DNA of 64,000 nt, taken from Macrostomum hystrix (lineage: Eukaryota > Animalia > Platyhelminthes). Of this stretch, positions 1 through 11,392 are shown piece after piece. Position 1 is the stretch's first letter. The number at the start of each line of letters is the position of its first letter. Under the pieces are notes generated by a model that worked only from the letters and a program-made list of their open reading frames with translations, did no database searches and was not told the origin of the DNA. The position numbers were made by a program, and so were the translations under genes. Where the stretch lies: positions 930,001-994,000 of the forward strand of contig CATNEN010000041.1 of assembly GCA_950097015.1 (NCBI GenBank), written 5' to 3'.

Positions 1-840
1 TCTTTTTGGACTTTCCTGAAAGTCCTTGCCAGTCGAGTTGACAGGCAAGAATGTCAAGAATGAACCAGCTGTCCGCTGTGACAGGGGCTGAATCATCGTC
101 TAAAGCCGCATAAAATGAGCATTTGTGCGAGAACTTCAGCCGTCATTTTCCTGGGTCTCTTGGTAAGATTGCTGACGGAGTGTCAGTGTGACAGTGACAG
201 CAGCTGACAGCTAACAAAGGCGCTGCTTTACCTGGAGGAGGTGGGCAGTCAGAGGATCTGGCTGAAACTGGGAGGGTACCAGCTGAAATTGTCGGCTGGA
301 AGTTTTTGCTACCAAATGAGCCAGGAAAAGGAATGCAATGAGAGACGGAGTGCACAAACACGGATGGGTCCGGTAACCTTGGAGAGGGCTGGAAGTCTGA
401 TCACTTTCCAACTGTCACCAACCAGCCGAAAATGAAGCTGCGGGCTTCGGTAAAAGACACGCAAACAACTTGGAGATGGAGTGGTGAAAGTTCGTTCTGG
501 CACATGTCCAAATTGTATTTTTGCTATTTAAAACTCTTTGGTAACAATGAAAACGAGCGGTCGCACTTCGTGAAAAGCCGAAAAAATGCGCAGGATTTTG
601 GTGCTGGATGGGTTGGGGTGGTAATACACATGGGGTATTTTCAGCTGGGCTTCTACTCGTAGTCTATAAGTAGCTCGTAGATGGCGAAGTTGCATGCAAA
701 TGTTACTGTGTAGCTTGTGCACAGAAGCAAAGGAAGCAGAGCTTAAGCGAGAGCCGAAGGCAATAAGGAGGTCAGTGGCGCTGTACGTGGCATTGCTAAG
801 TAATGTTGGGAGACAACAGGCAACGGGAAGTTGTGATTGG

Positions 841-2949
841 CTACACGCTGGACACCATGCCGATCTGCACCGATCGGGACCGCTTCACCGGGTCCCCGCC
901 CGCGGAGCTGCAGGTGAGCGTGGAGGCGGACATTGTGATGCCGCTGTTCAGCCGGTTATCGGTTGTCATCGCTGCTGTCGCCACAATGTTGCTGGCCGCT
1001 TCGTCATCCTGTTGGTCTACTGACTCTCGACCGGCCGGCGAGTGTCGTATCCGCGGCGTCGGAGACGGCGGAGGCACAGGCAGTGGCGGTCTGCGGCTAT
1101 TCTCCACCAGCCGCGTCATCTCTTCTTTAGGTGAGAGCGCTCGCCGCAGCTGTCCGTAGTAATGTCCGTTTTGCCGCACTGATCGCTTCCTTCGGAAAAT
1201 GGCGTCCAAGCCAAGGAAGTCTAGCATCAGATCGCAGAACTCGAACACGGTGATGAGTGAGGCGCCAACCCAAAGTCCGACGCAGCCGCCAACGTCTGTC
1301 AGGAAGCGGCTGAGCGGGTATTCCTCATCCTCCAGCATCTCGTCTGCGAACAAAGATGAAGGCACGATGCGCAGATACATGAAGTTTCTCTCCACAAAGT
1401 CGATGTTCAGCAGTTCGAACAGGCCGCGCATCAGCACCTCGGTGATGTTGAGCTGCTGCGTAGTCTCGTTTAGTTTTAGAGCCTTGGATGCAAGGTCCGA
1501 CGTACCGTACTTTTTCATCTCATTTTTTTCCATTCCGCTGAGCAGTCTCAGCCAGCCGCGATGTGTTTTGCGCTCGATAACTGCTGGAAAGTTGGCCTGG
1601 CTAATCACAGTCGAGTAAGTAGTGTGCTCGCAGAGGTCTTTGTAGCACATTTTGAGCGGATTCGCTTGCTGAACCTGCATATGCATGCGCCCTGCGCACT
1701 CGCTGTCGTTAAAGTGCTGGTCGAACCACTTGAAGTCACGGCAGAAGGGAAATTTATAGTCGTCATACTTTAGCGGGTACTCGTGACCGACGCACTTACA
1801 GTTCTGCTTGATTGCAGTCTGTGTGATGTTCTCCACACAGTCAGTGCGCGTCTCTTTGTACATTCGTCGTTCGCGCGTTTCAATATCTACGTAGTCATAA
1901 ATGTCTCTGTGCGACTCGCAGAGCTGCAGCTTGCGCAGATGCTGTTTCCGGGTCATGTGTAGGTCAACCTGAGCGTATTTGTCAAGCAGGAAACTCTCAC
2001 CGATCTGCGGGTATGTGCCGGGCTCGTGCAGCATCAGCAGTACTCCGCTAGGCATCCCAATGAGACCATGGGCGTCAAGGAACTTAAACTCATCGGGGTA
2101 TTCGACTCCCTTGTACAGCAGAAGGAATAAGTCCGGCCGAAAGCCGCTGCTGAAGGCCTTTCTGTTGGAACGGCTGATTGCGTCCCTGCCCAGTTTTGTG
2201 ATGTTTAGCTGGTAGCACGCCCCATAAGGCCAGCGCCTGTGGGTGATCCACGAGCTCGAGCAGCTGTCCTTGTTGGTGCCCATGTACCTACAGTCTTGGA
2301 CAAATACCTCATGCGGAATACTGTACAGGGTTATGTTTTTCTGCATGTAGAGGTAATCGGAAATATAAACGCTATCTATGACGCCAGAGAAGACGGACTT
2401 CTTCCAGTTCTTCATTTGCGCCGCACGCTGCTTGTAATACTTTTTGTCTCTGTCATAACTCTTGATGGTATGCACTAAATCTCTGAAGTGCTGCGTATCT
2501 CTGGGTGGAAAGAAGATCGGATTGATGTTGCACACTGTGATGTCTGGAAACTTGAACGACAAATGGTCGTGCTTGACGTTCGTGAGCACCGGTACTTGAA
2601 TGTACTTCACAGCGATGTGGTACAGGTTCGTGAGAAAGCCGCAGCTGGCGGCCGTGAAAATCAGCATCCAGAAGATGCGACGCCGGGCGCTCTTGGCCTG
2701 CGCGATGTGGTTGAGGCCGTGGATGGTCGACCGCTTCGAGAACGCGAGAACCATCTGGCCGATTTCCTCCGCTGAGGAGGGTGACCTCGGCTGAAGGGGA
2801 TCGTTCAAGCTGGTTACCCCGGCCACGCAGGAGACACTACGGTCTACGCTGCCTCCGACGCAGCTGCTGGTGTCAACTTTGGTGCCACCTTTTGGTGTCA
2901 ACAGTAACTGCTGCTGCTGCTGCTGCTGCTGCTGTGAATTCTTAAACAT
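841..2949 (-). CDS. DEG/ENaC/ASIC-family amiloride-sensitive cation channel, 702 aa from first ATG (MFKNSQQQ...), uninterrupted ORF
   Basis: Family motifs in the translation: pre-TM1 STIHGLNHI (HG motif), TM1, FPDITVCNINP, YGACY, Cys-rich thumb, TM2 FLTDVGGCVGLWVGASLITVFEF with the GAS filter. The ORF-track start at 3054 is TTG; the first ATG is at 2949. Confidence 0.93.
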   Translation of the reverse strand: MFKNSQQQQQQQQQLLLTPKGGTKVDTSSCVGGSVDRSVSCVAGVTSLNDPLQPRSPSSAEEIGQMVLAFSKRSTIHGLNHIAQAKSARRRIFWMLIFTAASCGFLTNLYHIAVKYIQVPVLTNVKHDHLSFKFPDITVCNINPIFFPPRDTQHFRDLVHTIKSYDRDKKYYKQRAAQMKNWKKSVFSGVIDSVYISDYLYMQKNITLYSIPHEVFVQDCRYMGTNKDSCSSSWITHRRWPYGACYQLNITKLGRDAISRSNRKAFSSGFRPDLFLLLYKGVEYPDEFKFLDAHGLIGMPSGVLLMLHEPGTYPQIGESFLLDKYAQVDLHMTRKQHLRKLQLCESHRDIYDYVDIETRERRMYKETRTDCVENITQTAIKQNCKCVGHEYPLKYDDYKFPFCRDFKWFDQHFNDSECAGRMHMQVQQANPLKMCYKDLCEHTTYSTVISQANFPAVIERKTHRGWLRLLSGMEKNEMKKYGTSDLASKALKLNETTQQLNITEVLMRGLFELLNIDFVERNFMYLRIVPSSLFADEMLEDEEYPLSRFLTDVGGCVGLWVGASLITVFEFCDLMLDFLGLDAIFRRKRSVRQNGHYYGQLRRALSPKEEMTRLVENSRRPPLPVPPPSPTPRIRHSPAGRESVDQQDDEAASNIVATAAMTTDNRLNSGITMSASTLTCSSAGGDPVKRSRSVQIGMVSSV
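2908..2934 (-). repeat. (CAG)9 polyglutamine tract in the channel N-terminus
   Basis: (ctg)9 on the + strand, in frame with the DEG/ENaC ORF (SQQQQQQQQQLLL). Confidence 0.95.
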
Positions 2950-4528
2950 TCTTGGAGCAATTAAATAGTGCAGTCGAAGGTCTAGCGCCTGCTGGAGTGT
3001 CCCGTGCTGCTGGCGATCGCTCCCGCGCTGCCGCCCTTTCTGTGTGTGACGCAATTTGAGTCACGGCAGTTTCCTGACGGACCACACACTCCTGCTGCCT
3101 ATTATGCGCCTCCCACTGTGTTTAGCTCCAGTACTTGCCTAGTCGCCGGCGAGACAACTTTCGGAGAGGAAAGAGCGGAGGGAGGCGAGCTTTCAGTGGA
3201 CTGGCCGGGGAGCGCCTGCCGTCCGCAGCCAATAGAAAATTGATCAACTCCGAGGCTGACGGCGGCTCAGTGCGGTGCATGGAGGCGCTGCGGGTGCGGG
3301 ATGGAAGGCTGCCAGGAGGACCGGCACAGAGGTCTGGCGAACCTGTCAACAAGTGTAGGCCTGGCTGGGGCTTCACTTCCAGTGGACTGCGTTCCGCTGG
3401 CCGAGCCTCTCTACTGATCCGAACTTTGCCCACCCTTGCCTCGGCAGTGCCAGCTGTCCAACTTCTGCGCGCTGGTCGATGTCTCTGGGGTGGGAAATTT
3501 GTCCCAGACGGAGTTGAGTTCCTCAGGCTGTTGTACCAAAGCAGACCACATGAGGCGCAAGTGGCAATACAAGTCTGCTTTCATTTTCATGCCGCACTCT
3601 GTTGCTCGCTGTTGACTAAAATGCTACGAAGAGCTGTCATTAAAGGGAAAAGTTATGCGATTGTCGGGAAAGTGTCGATAACTTTTAAAAACAATATTCT
3701 AGTCAAAATTTTATAAGGTTATCCTCTTTGCCTGAAATGCTCAAATGTTTTGTTTACTGAACTGGTGCACTGAACTACAAGCATGCAGGTGAGTGCTACC
3801 TGGAGCAGCTCGCTGTTTACCTTTCACAAACTCGACAAGTCCTCTCAAATTGAGTTTTGCTCTTGCGGCTGTCTGAGCCTGGGCCCCATCAGTGCCTAAA
3901 TTTAGCGCTCTGCAACTCAGCGGCTCGCACTGGAGGTCACTTCTGAGTAGGTCTCGAGTTGCCGGCACTCGGGCGAGGCCCAAAAGAAGAGCGAATAGAC
4001 AAACAACAAAAGGAAAATGACCAGACCTGTCGATCGGGGAGCTGCGGCCACTCTTGGAGAAGTCGCGCACTTTTGCTGGGACAGCGAAAAAGCAGAGTCG
4101 AGAGAAAAAAATCTCGGACTGCGGGCCTGTCTATAATGAGCGCTAATATCTATCAGAGGAACTGACAAAAATGGGGACGTAGGAGCAGAGGATATTATAT
4201 TGGCATCCACTAGAAGAAGACCGGAAAATAGAAAGAGATGCTATATTTTGATTCCGACGTCTTAGCGGACAGAAACGCAGAGGGAAGCGATAATGAAGGA
4301 GATTAGCAGCGGTGGCGGGAGGACGCCAGCCTCCTGACTGTGCTGCGCGGACTCCTTGCGGCGCAGTCGTGGAAACCGCAAAGCCGCTGCTGCTTGGATA
4401 ATCCGGCAGTGTTTCCCGACCTTCATCCAGCAGGCTGCCGGGCCCTCAAAGCCTTCCGCTATCAGAGAGGATCGAGTTTCGCGTCTCCGATGCTTGCTTT
4501 TTTCCTTGCGACTTCTCCTTCCCCTCAC

Positions 4529-4675
4529 TGTTCCCCATAGAGACCCTGCACTTGTGGCTGAGGAGGGATTGCGCATGACAGCAGCAGCAGCACCACCAAC
4601 ACCAGCAGGCAGGCTGTGTAGTGACAGCAGCTGAGATTCACTATACGCTGCAGGACTGGTCATGCGAAGCCTCAT
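4529..4675 (-). CDS. Possible upstream coding exon of the DEG/ENaC gene (MRLRMTSPAAYSES...SLWGT)
   Basis: ATG at 4675; phase-0 donor ACA|GTGAGG at 4528; compatible phase-0 acceptor CACACAG|AAA at 3040/3039 inside the open frame upstream of the channel ATG. The acceptor pyrimidine tract is weak; inference only. Confidence 0.35.
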
Positions 4676-4935
4676 TGGGTTGAAGAGTTCAGCGAACTGC
4701 AATTGCTATGGCTAAACCTGTTTGAATCATAAATTACTTCTGAAATTAAAAAATGCTTAGAGCTCACTGAGTTCACTTTCAGCCTACGGATCAAAGCGAA
4801 TCGCTTTTGTCAGATGTTGGGATTCTGATGCAGGACCTCAGCTGTCTCAATCATCAGCAAGTCGGGGAATAGTAATTTCGGTGACTTCTAGGCTTTAAGA
4901 ATAGAAAAATGTAGAAATGCAACTGGTCATTGTCA

Positions 4936-5304
4936 GGGGGTCGGTGGCAGAGCGGTTAACGCGTTTGCCACTCGCACCACAGTCCCTAAGTTCGATTCCA
5001 CGGCGAGGCCACATTTATTTGGGGCGCAGCCGCGGAGGGAAGGCTTGGGGGCTTGTCGTGCAATTTACGCCCTTGAGGGCCAACCTCCAAGGCACAGTTC
5101 GAGTGTACACTGCCTGACGATGAGAAAGTCAGGGCAGATGTACACACCTGTGTGAGCGTATGCCTGCGTACGGTATCTGTGTGCGTGTGTGCTCAGGAGT
5201 CAGCGAAATGGGCAGAATTGCCTCCTTGCTGGCTGCGGGTCTAGTGTCACCAAACTATGTGTCATTGCCCGCAGCTCTCCTGCAATTATTATTATATTAT
5301 TATT
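4936..5304 (+). mobile_element. tRNA-derived SINE, full-length copy 1, with 15-bp target-site duplication
   Basis: Pol III A box (GGTGGCAGAGCGGT) and B box (GTTCGATTCC), (ATT)n tail, flanking direct repeat AACTGGTCATTGTCA at 4921-4935 and 5305-5319; three more homologous copies in the window. Confidence 0.88.
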
Positions 5305-8300
5305 AACTGGTCATTGTCATTTTCATGATCCCACTCATATGATCCCACTCAGATCCCACTGCAGATCCCACTGCAGATCCCACTGGTGGCACTGTCAGGA
5401 AATGTCGCCAACACGCGCATAAGTCAGCGAGTCCAGCTTTAATTCGATATGCGCCGCAGATGCCTCCGAGTCCGGGGCCCATGGAGACTGGGGAGGAATT
5501 ATTAATTACAAAATTAGTCGGCCTGTGTATCCAGCTGGTTGGACAGAAAGTTTTAATTCAACACTCGACCCCGACACTCGCCAGCGCCGCCTCCGCTGCT
5601 GCCGCTTCCAGGCAGTCTCTAAATAAGAATAATATGCGCGCAGCCTCGGCGGCAATGTGAATTTCTCCCACCCACGAGTCGCTCCTCCCAATGTCCCCGG
5701 CTCCTCTCGCCCTCCGCTTCTTTATCTTTCCCACCGCTCCGCAGCAACAAAAAGCAACTCTCCATGCAGCAGGCCGAGCTGCATCGCCAGACGAGAGGGG
5801 CAGGCTAGTCCCCTGCGTCCGCCCAGCCCCAGGCCGCGACCTCCTCTTGCCGAGCTGGAGGTGCCGCATTGAGAACTGGCACATGTGCTTTGACAGACAG
5901 AATTTAAGCGACCCGGATAGCGAGAGAGAGCCCACAGCGAGAAAGTGCAGCGATTCGGCAAAGAAGCGACTAAGGGCGAGGGCGAGAAATTTCCACTCGG
6001 GGCGATTGAAGCACCTCCACCCTGCGCCGCGGCATGAGATCGCGATCGACTTGGCCGGGAACTCTGCAGCGGCCTAAACAAATCCTGACAGGCCTTCCCT
6101 CCCTCCTCAATGGTGACTGCGAGAATCATTCATCTGAGGAGGAAGTGCCGTTTTAAGTCTTGTAAAAATTTTTATTTCAGACACGCGGATCGGCGCTCCC
6201 GTCAAGAGCCCGACTCCCTGACGATTTTCCATCATAAAAGACACGCGAAACCGCTTTCTCACCCTCCTCTAAGCCGCATGAGCCAGCACCCACCTCTGTG
6301 CCCAGGTCTGCCTTCAGGTGCTCAAAACCCACCGACCCCTCCTGAGCTCTCTCAATTGTGTTTGCAAAAACTGACGCCTGTCGAGGACTGGGGCAGAGAG
6401 CGGCTGCCTTCGCTCAGTGCGGCTTCCCCTATCACGAAGGGCTGGATTTTTTTCTTCTTGGGATTAGAACGCATTGGCAAAGTGTTTTGTCCAGCGGTTG
6501 GAGGAATTGTCAGAGGAAGTCAATCTGGGGACTAGCTACAATGTTGTCTGGCGGACTGATTGCCAAGAACCTTTTGCCTTTACAGGTTGTCAGCCGCCAG
6601 TCTGAAGCAGCCAGCATTCAGATAGTGCTTGCAGCTTGCATTGTCTCCTATAGGGAATCCATCTTGTAGCCCGAATGCCACAGAGTTCGCGTAAATAACG
6701 GCGGTCAAGACAGACAGGCTCCGTTGTCCCTGGACAGTCCAGTTCAATGTCAACGAATCTGTGAGTGCGCCTTCTTTAGTTGGTGAAACGGTTTTGTCGA
6801 GTCTTGTCGCTATTGTGACCTGGTTGTATCCTTGCTGCAGTTGTACTGCTAGCTTGCAATGCAAAAAATGAAATTGCATCGGTTTCGCAGCCGTTCACAG
6901 CGAGTATCCACACCAGGAGGGCATCGATCATGATGCCGTGCACTCGTGCAGTAAACATGAATGGTTTTGGATGCACTGGGTGTCGATTTTTCTATGGCGA
7001 AATGAATTCGGAAAGATGGCAATTTGCTTTGAACAAATGATAATGTGTTTACTTTATTTTCTGTTACTGGGCATGGGTACAGTCGCGTATGCAGCAGCTG
7101 TTTGCATGATTCATCGCACCGCCCAAGTACTCCTACTAGAAGCTAGGTGTAGCTGAAAAGTGCAAAACTACACTTACAGACTACACAGTGCGGTTATAAC
7201 TTATAAGTATTGATTTTAGAAATACTGTTGCGAAATTTTAGAACTTTTTAGAACTACTACCACACATTTAATTATACTAAAGCCACAAAAATACTGAACG
7301 AAGTACGATACCGCGTACTAGCGACGCTCAATAAACATTGACACAAGATTCAAGCGAATTATCAAATTACTAACAGTAGAGACAGTGGGATATACATGAA
7401 ATGAACAGTCTATAAGTGAGTGAGCTAGTATGACTAGTCATTTAGCCATGACACTTCCAGATCTGTTAAAATTGTGCTTTTGCTATATTTTATTTATTAA
7501 TATTTATTAAAGTTGGACCATGTGCTTTCAGAAATAACAACTCAACAAACATTAAATTACGGACACACTTCAAAATTGTCTTTGTTCTAACGAAACGTAG
7601 TGAGTCGCGTGCGCTAGTCACATGAATGTGTTGAGTTCATTAGCAACAAGTGGAAGCTAAATAGCCGCAGCGACGTCAAGCACCCAGGTCCAACGAGATC
7701 TCTTTGGATAGTGACTAAACTAGAGCATGTTTGGTAGTTGTGAATAGCTAATTTGCTAACATTTAGCTTTTAGTATAGTTACTATCTGTGATGCAAGACT
7801 AATTTCGGTAGACTCAAGTCTCGAGATTTTGATATATAGGTAGGCCCTAAATACTTTTTAGCAGCCCACTGTTACTAATTCTTGAAATAGCCTTAGGGTA
7901 GGCCTAAACAAAAACAAATAAAACTTACCGCGCCTAATTTATTTTTTATTAATTCGCATATACCTTTTATTTCGGCTAAGCTCTAGTAGTGTAGCAAAAC
8001 AATTGGCCAAAGTTCTTATCTTAAAGTTGTAGGGCCTGTGATATTTTTTGTCCAACAAAGACAAATATGCATCAGTTCACATCTCGAAGTTATTTTTTAT
8101 AATTCTTTTTAGGCCAATTCAGTTACGTAGGAATTAAATTAGGCTAGATGCAGAAAAGGTAGATGTATAGGCATTGTAGCTAAGTCTAGACTTTAGTAGG
8201 CCCTATAGGTTGGAGCACATTTGGAGCACCACTTGGAGCACATTTTTTCAATGTTAGTCATCAATCCAACATATGTGTAGACTATAGGGGCCTAGTTAAG

Positions 8301-8424
8301 GTGTAAGAATTTAAGAAACATTTTTGCAATCCTCTAGTTTTGTTCATTTAGTTATTTATTACAAAAGATAAAGAATTTGGCAACATTTTAATGAGCAAAT
8401 AATTAAACTTTAAGTTTCTAATAA

Positions 8425-9250
8425 ATGGACAGTGTGTGGTTACGTATATGGCAAGATACTTGCTCATGTGGGAGGTTTCAACTTTCAAATGATTTGGCAG
8501 TGCTATGTCCTATGGCCCATTTGCAGCAGAGGCATGGTAGGCTAGTACGAAGCTCGTATGTGGCTAGGTTTATCGTGAAGATATACAAGAAAGAGTTAAA
8601 CAAGGGTGGGAACATCCTTTTCCTTTGGGAACAGGAAGTTAGAGGCAATGCCTTGAAGACTGTTCCAAAGATAATTGGTGGTGGGTGGCTGAAAGGGTAG
8701 AAGTTAGGGTGGCCTTGGTTTGACATCAGTGTCCAATGCTATATGGAAAGCAGGACTGAAGACTGCTCACAGACAGGGAGAACAGAGCACTCCTCATGCA
8801 GGTGAGACTGAGAGATGGGTGCACAGCTGTGACAGCCAGATAGGCTATGATATGCAAAGCCAAATTCTGAGCCACTTGGAGTATGTTCCAACTCAAATTG
8901 CTAAGGAGTGGGGTCCAGACTAGCAAGCAGTAGTTGAGCACCAAGCACCCAAGGGCTTTGTAGGTGACAGTTAAAGTTTCCTTATCCTACCCCCAGCTAT
9001 GGCAGAGCACAGAGGATATTATTAGTGCTGTGGACAGAGTTAGCAATTATTTTGGAGTGAACATGAAACTTGAGCAAGGTGCAATAAGCCAGGCTGGTCC
9101 CATTGAGATAGAGAGCAGGAGCAGTGGGGTATTCATGAGTAGTGCTAGTGAAAATTGTGACAGTTGACTTAGTTGGCAAAAGAAGCAAATTTTTGCTCTG
9201 AGGGTAGGTGCAAAGGCAATCTGGTAGGGCTGAAGCATAGCATAAAGCCA
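8425..9250 (+). pseudogene. Degenerate, CpG-poor coding-like segment in an AT-rich island, possibly a transposon relic
   Basis: Locally GC-richer than its flanks yet with very few CG dinucleotides; one frame reads protein-like but is interrupted by many TGA/TAG stops. No family recognised with confidence. Confidence 0.25.
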
Positions 9251-10433
9251 GCTGACAAGAGGGCCACTGGTTAAGGATTGTAAAATCATTGGTGTCAAGA
9301 ATCTAAGTCAAGAAATTCAGAGACAAGACAAGATAACAAAAGAAAAAAAGACAAAAATAAAATTCATTAACATCATAAAATGCATTAACATTTTTCGTTG
9401 CATTTTTATTTCTCTTTAAAGTTTAAATGGTATGGCTTATGACATAATAGTTAAATTTTCATATCAATAATAAATATATAGCATTAAATCTTGTCTAAAG
9501 TTTCTTGAAAAAGCTTTAAAAATGCCAAGATCTTATTTTGAATCTTGTCTTAACAAGATTTTGTTACAGATTTTGTTACACCTCTAGTCTGTTGCTTTTG
9601 ATGTTCAGGTTGTATAGGACAATTGTTTGTGATTATTGTGAATGTTGGTCATCGTAAGCAATGTATGTCATTGCTGCAATATGACCAACCATACTGTGTC
9701 TTCAATAGCTGAAAAGTAAAAATGGTGTCAAAATAAATATAGCAGGAAACTGAAACATTTCCATTCATCTTCAAATTCTTTGTCCTTGTGCAGCAATATT
9801 TATTGGCATGGAAACTGAATAGTGAATATGTTTTAAAGCTCTTCTGTTTATTTTAGTTTATGTTTATTTTTGGCATTAAAAATTTTTATGTAGCTCAAAT
9901 TAAATTAATATGAAAGGGCTCAGTGTCATATTAAATTTAGTATTAGGTTTAATCTTTATAGCTAAATTAGCTAACAAATTAATTTTTAGGTTAAATAATA
10001 TAATAATTTTGAAGTAAATCCACCTATACTAAATCTTTAATCAGGTAAAATCAGGTTTAATCAGGGAAACGTTTTATTGGCATATCTGCCTTATACTGTG
10101 TAAAAAATTCATTAAGCTAAAAACATTTTTGCACACATTTTGTTTGTAAGGCCTAATTGATATATAATTTAGTTAATTTTTTGCAAAAACTAAAACGTTA
10201 GATTTTTGTTAGTCAGTTTCATAAAATAAAGCTAGTTAGGGTTAAAAACATCACATTCAACAAGGTTTCCAAGTCTGTTGTAAATACTAGCACTGGGTAG
10301 CTTTGTACATGATACAATCTGTCTACAGACACATTTTACTTCTTTATTTCCTGTCAGCTTTGATGCTGAATTTAAATAGAGGCAATGAATTGCTCAATGT
10401 TGCATGTCATCTGCATGAACTGCACCCTTTCAG

Positions 10434-10910
10434 GCAGAGCTGGATTACTGCCTCTTGGAGGTGTCCACGGCGGTGTCGGATGCCGAGCTTCGTCAGCTGA
10501 ACTTGGCGCCTGCCTTCGACATCCAGCCAGCTGGCCCGGCCGCCGCCAACTGCTCTCAGGTTGGCCTCGACAATCTGGACGGCTCGCCGGCCGAGGCAGC
10601 CAAATCCAGGCTGGTGCACAGGCGCATGCCGGAGCGCTGGGTGCTCGAGCCCCTCCGCCCCGTCTGCCGCCCGCTGGTCATTGTGGAGAGCGTCGTCTCC
10701 ACGGACTCGGAGGCCGACTGTCCTCGCTGGCGCTCCCTGCGTCAGGTGGCCTCCGTCTGCCGACTAAGGCGGCGCTTCCTGACGCCACAGCCGCTGCCCC
10801 TGAAGCAGCCGGCTCCAGCCGCAGCCGATGTTGCGGTGACGGCTGTGGAGGACGCAGACACCCACCAGGAGCGGCACCGGGCCAAGTCCAAGAAGAGAAA
10901 GCAGCTATAG
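10434..10910 (+). CDS. Terminal coding exon of an unidentified gene (AELDYCLLEVSTAVSDAELRQL...RAKSKKRKQL*)
   Basis: Acceptor CCCTTTCAG|GCA in phase 0 with a 158-codon open frame, strong GC3 bias versus AT-rich flanks, NLS-like basic C-terminus. Upstream exons not resolved. Confidence 0.55.
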   Translation, partial: AELDYCLLEVSTAVSDAELRQLNLAPAFDIQPAGPAAANCSQVGLDNLDGSPAEAAKSRLVHRRMPERWVLEPLRPVCRPLVIVESVVSTDSEADCPRWRSLRQVASVCRLRRRFLTPQPLPLKQPAPAAADVAVTAVEDADTHQERHRAKSKKRKQL

Positions 10911-11392
10911 AATTTCATTTTAGACACCAGAACTCGTGAAAACCGCCACTTCATGTCTGAACCTGGGTCAGGGCAGCTGCACAGAGTCCAGTCTGGTGCA
11001 CACTTTCGTATGCAACCTGCTGTGTCATGTTCCAGCCACAATTTCACTAGCTTGGAGGGACCCGATGGAATTGATGACTTCGAAAGACATGGAGAGGTTG
11101 AAAAGTTGATTATGGACATTGTTTTGCAAATAGTAAATTTAGATTAATATACAGGTGTAAGTACAATATTTATACATAATCTATGCAGCTACCCAGACAA
11201 TTCAGACTGCAGGTTTCCTTTCCCGCTACATTTCCTCGTGCTAGAAGCATTTTTCGGATCGAATTGCTTTGCACTGATCTGCTTTCAATAAACAAACTGT
11301 TAATTAATCAATAGCAAAAACTCTGCCGACGAAATTTTCTAACGCGACTTCGATTTTTTGTTGCTTTTGTGTTCATTTGTGAATCTGAAGCT

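Noticed and set aside
803-2794. Overlapping + strand ORFs within the DEG/ENaC gene
   Set aside because: Typical antisense shadows of GC3-rich coding sequence; no motifs.
4936-5010. Functional tRNA gene
   Set aside because: A/B boxes are present but the acceptor and anticodon stems do not pair; it continues into a repeated body with tail and TSD, so it is a SINE head.
5100-5150. Hammerhead ribozyme in the SINE (CTGACGA...GAAA)
   Set aside because: Only 3 nt lie between CUGANGA and GAAA, no stem III with a UH cleavage triplet can be formed, and the CTGAC pairs with the downstream GTCAG in a simple hairpin instead.
6580-6976. Minus-strand ORFs with protein-like composition (possible secreted protein exon)
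   Set aside because: No consistent splice sites linking the signal-like MIDALLVWILAV segment to the 99-aa frame; no recognisable domain.
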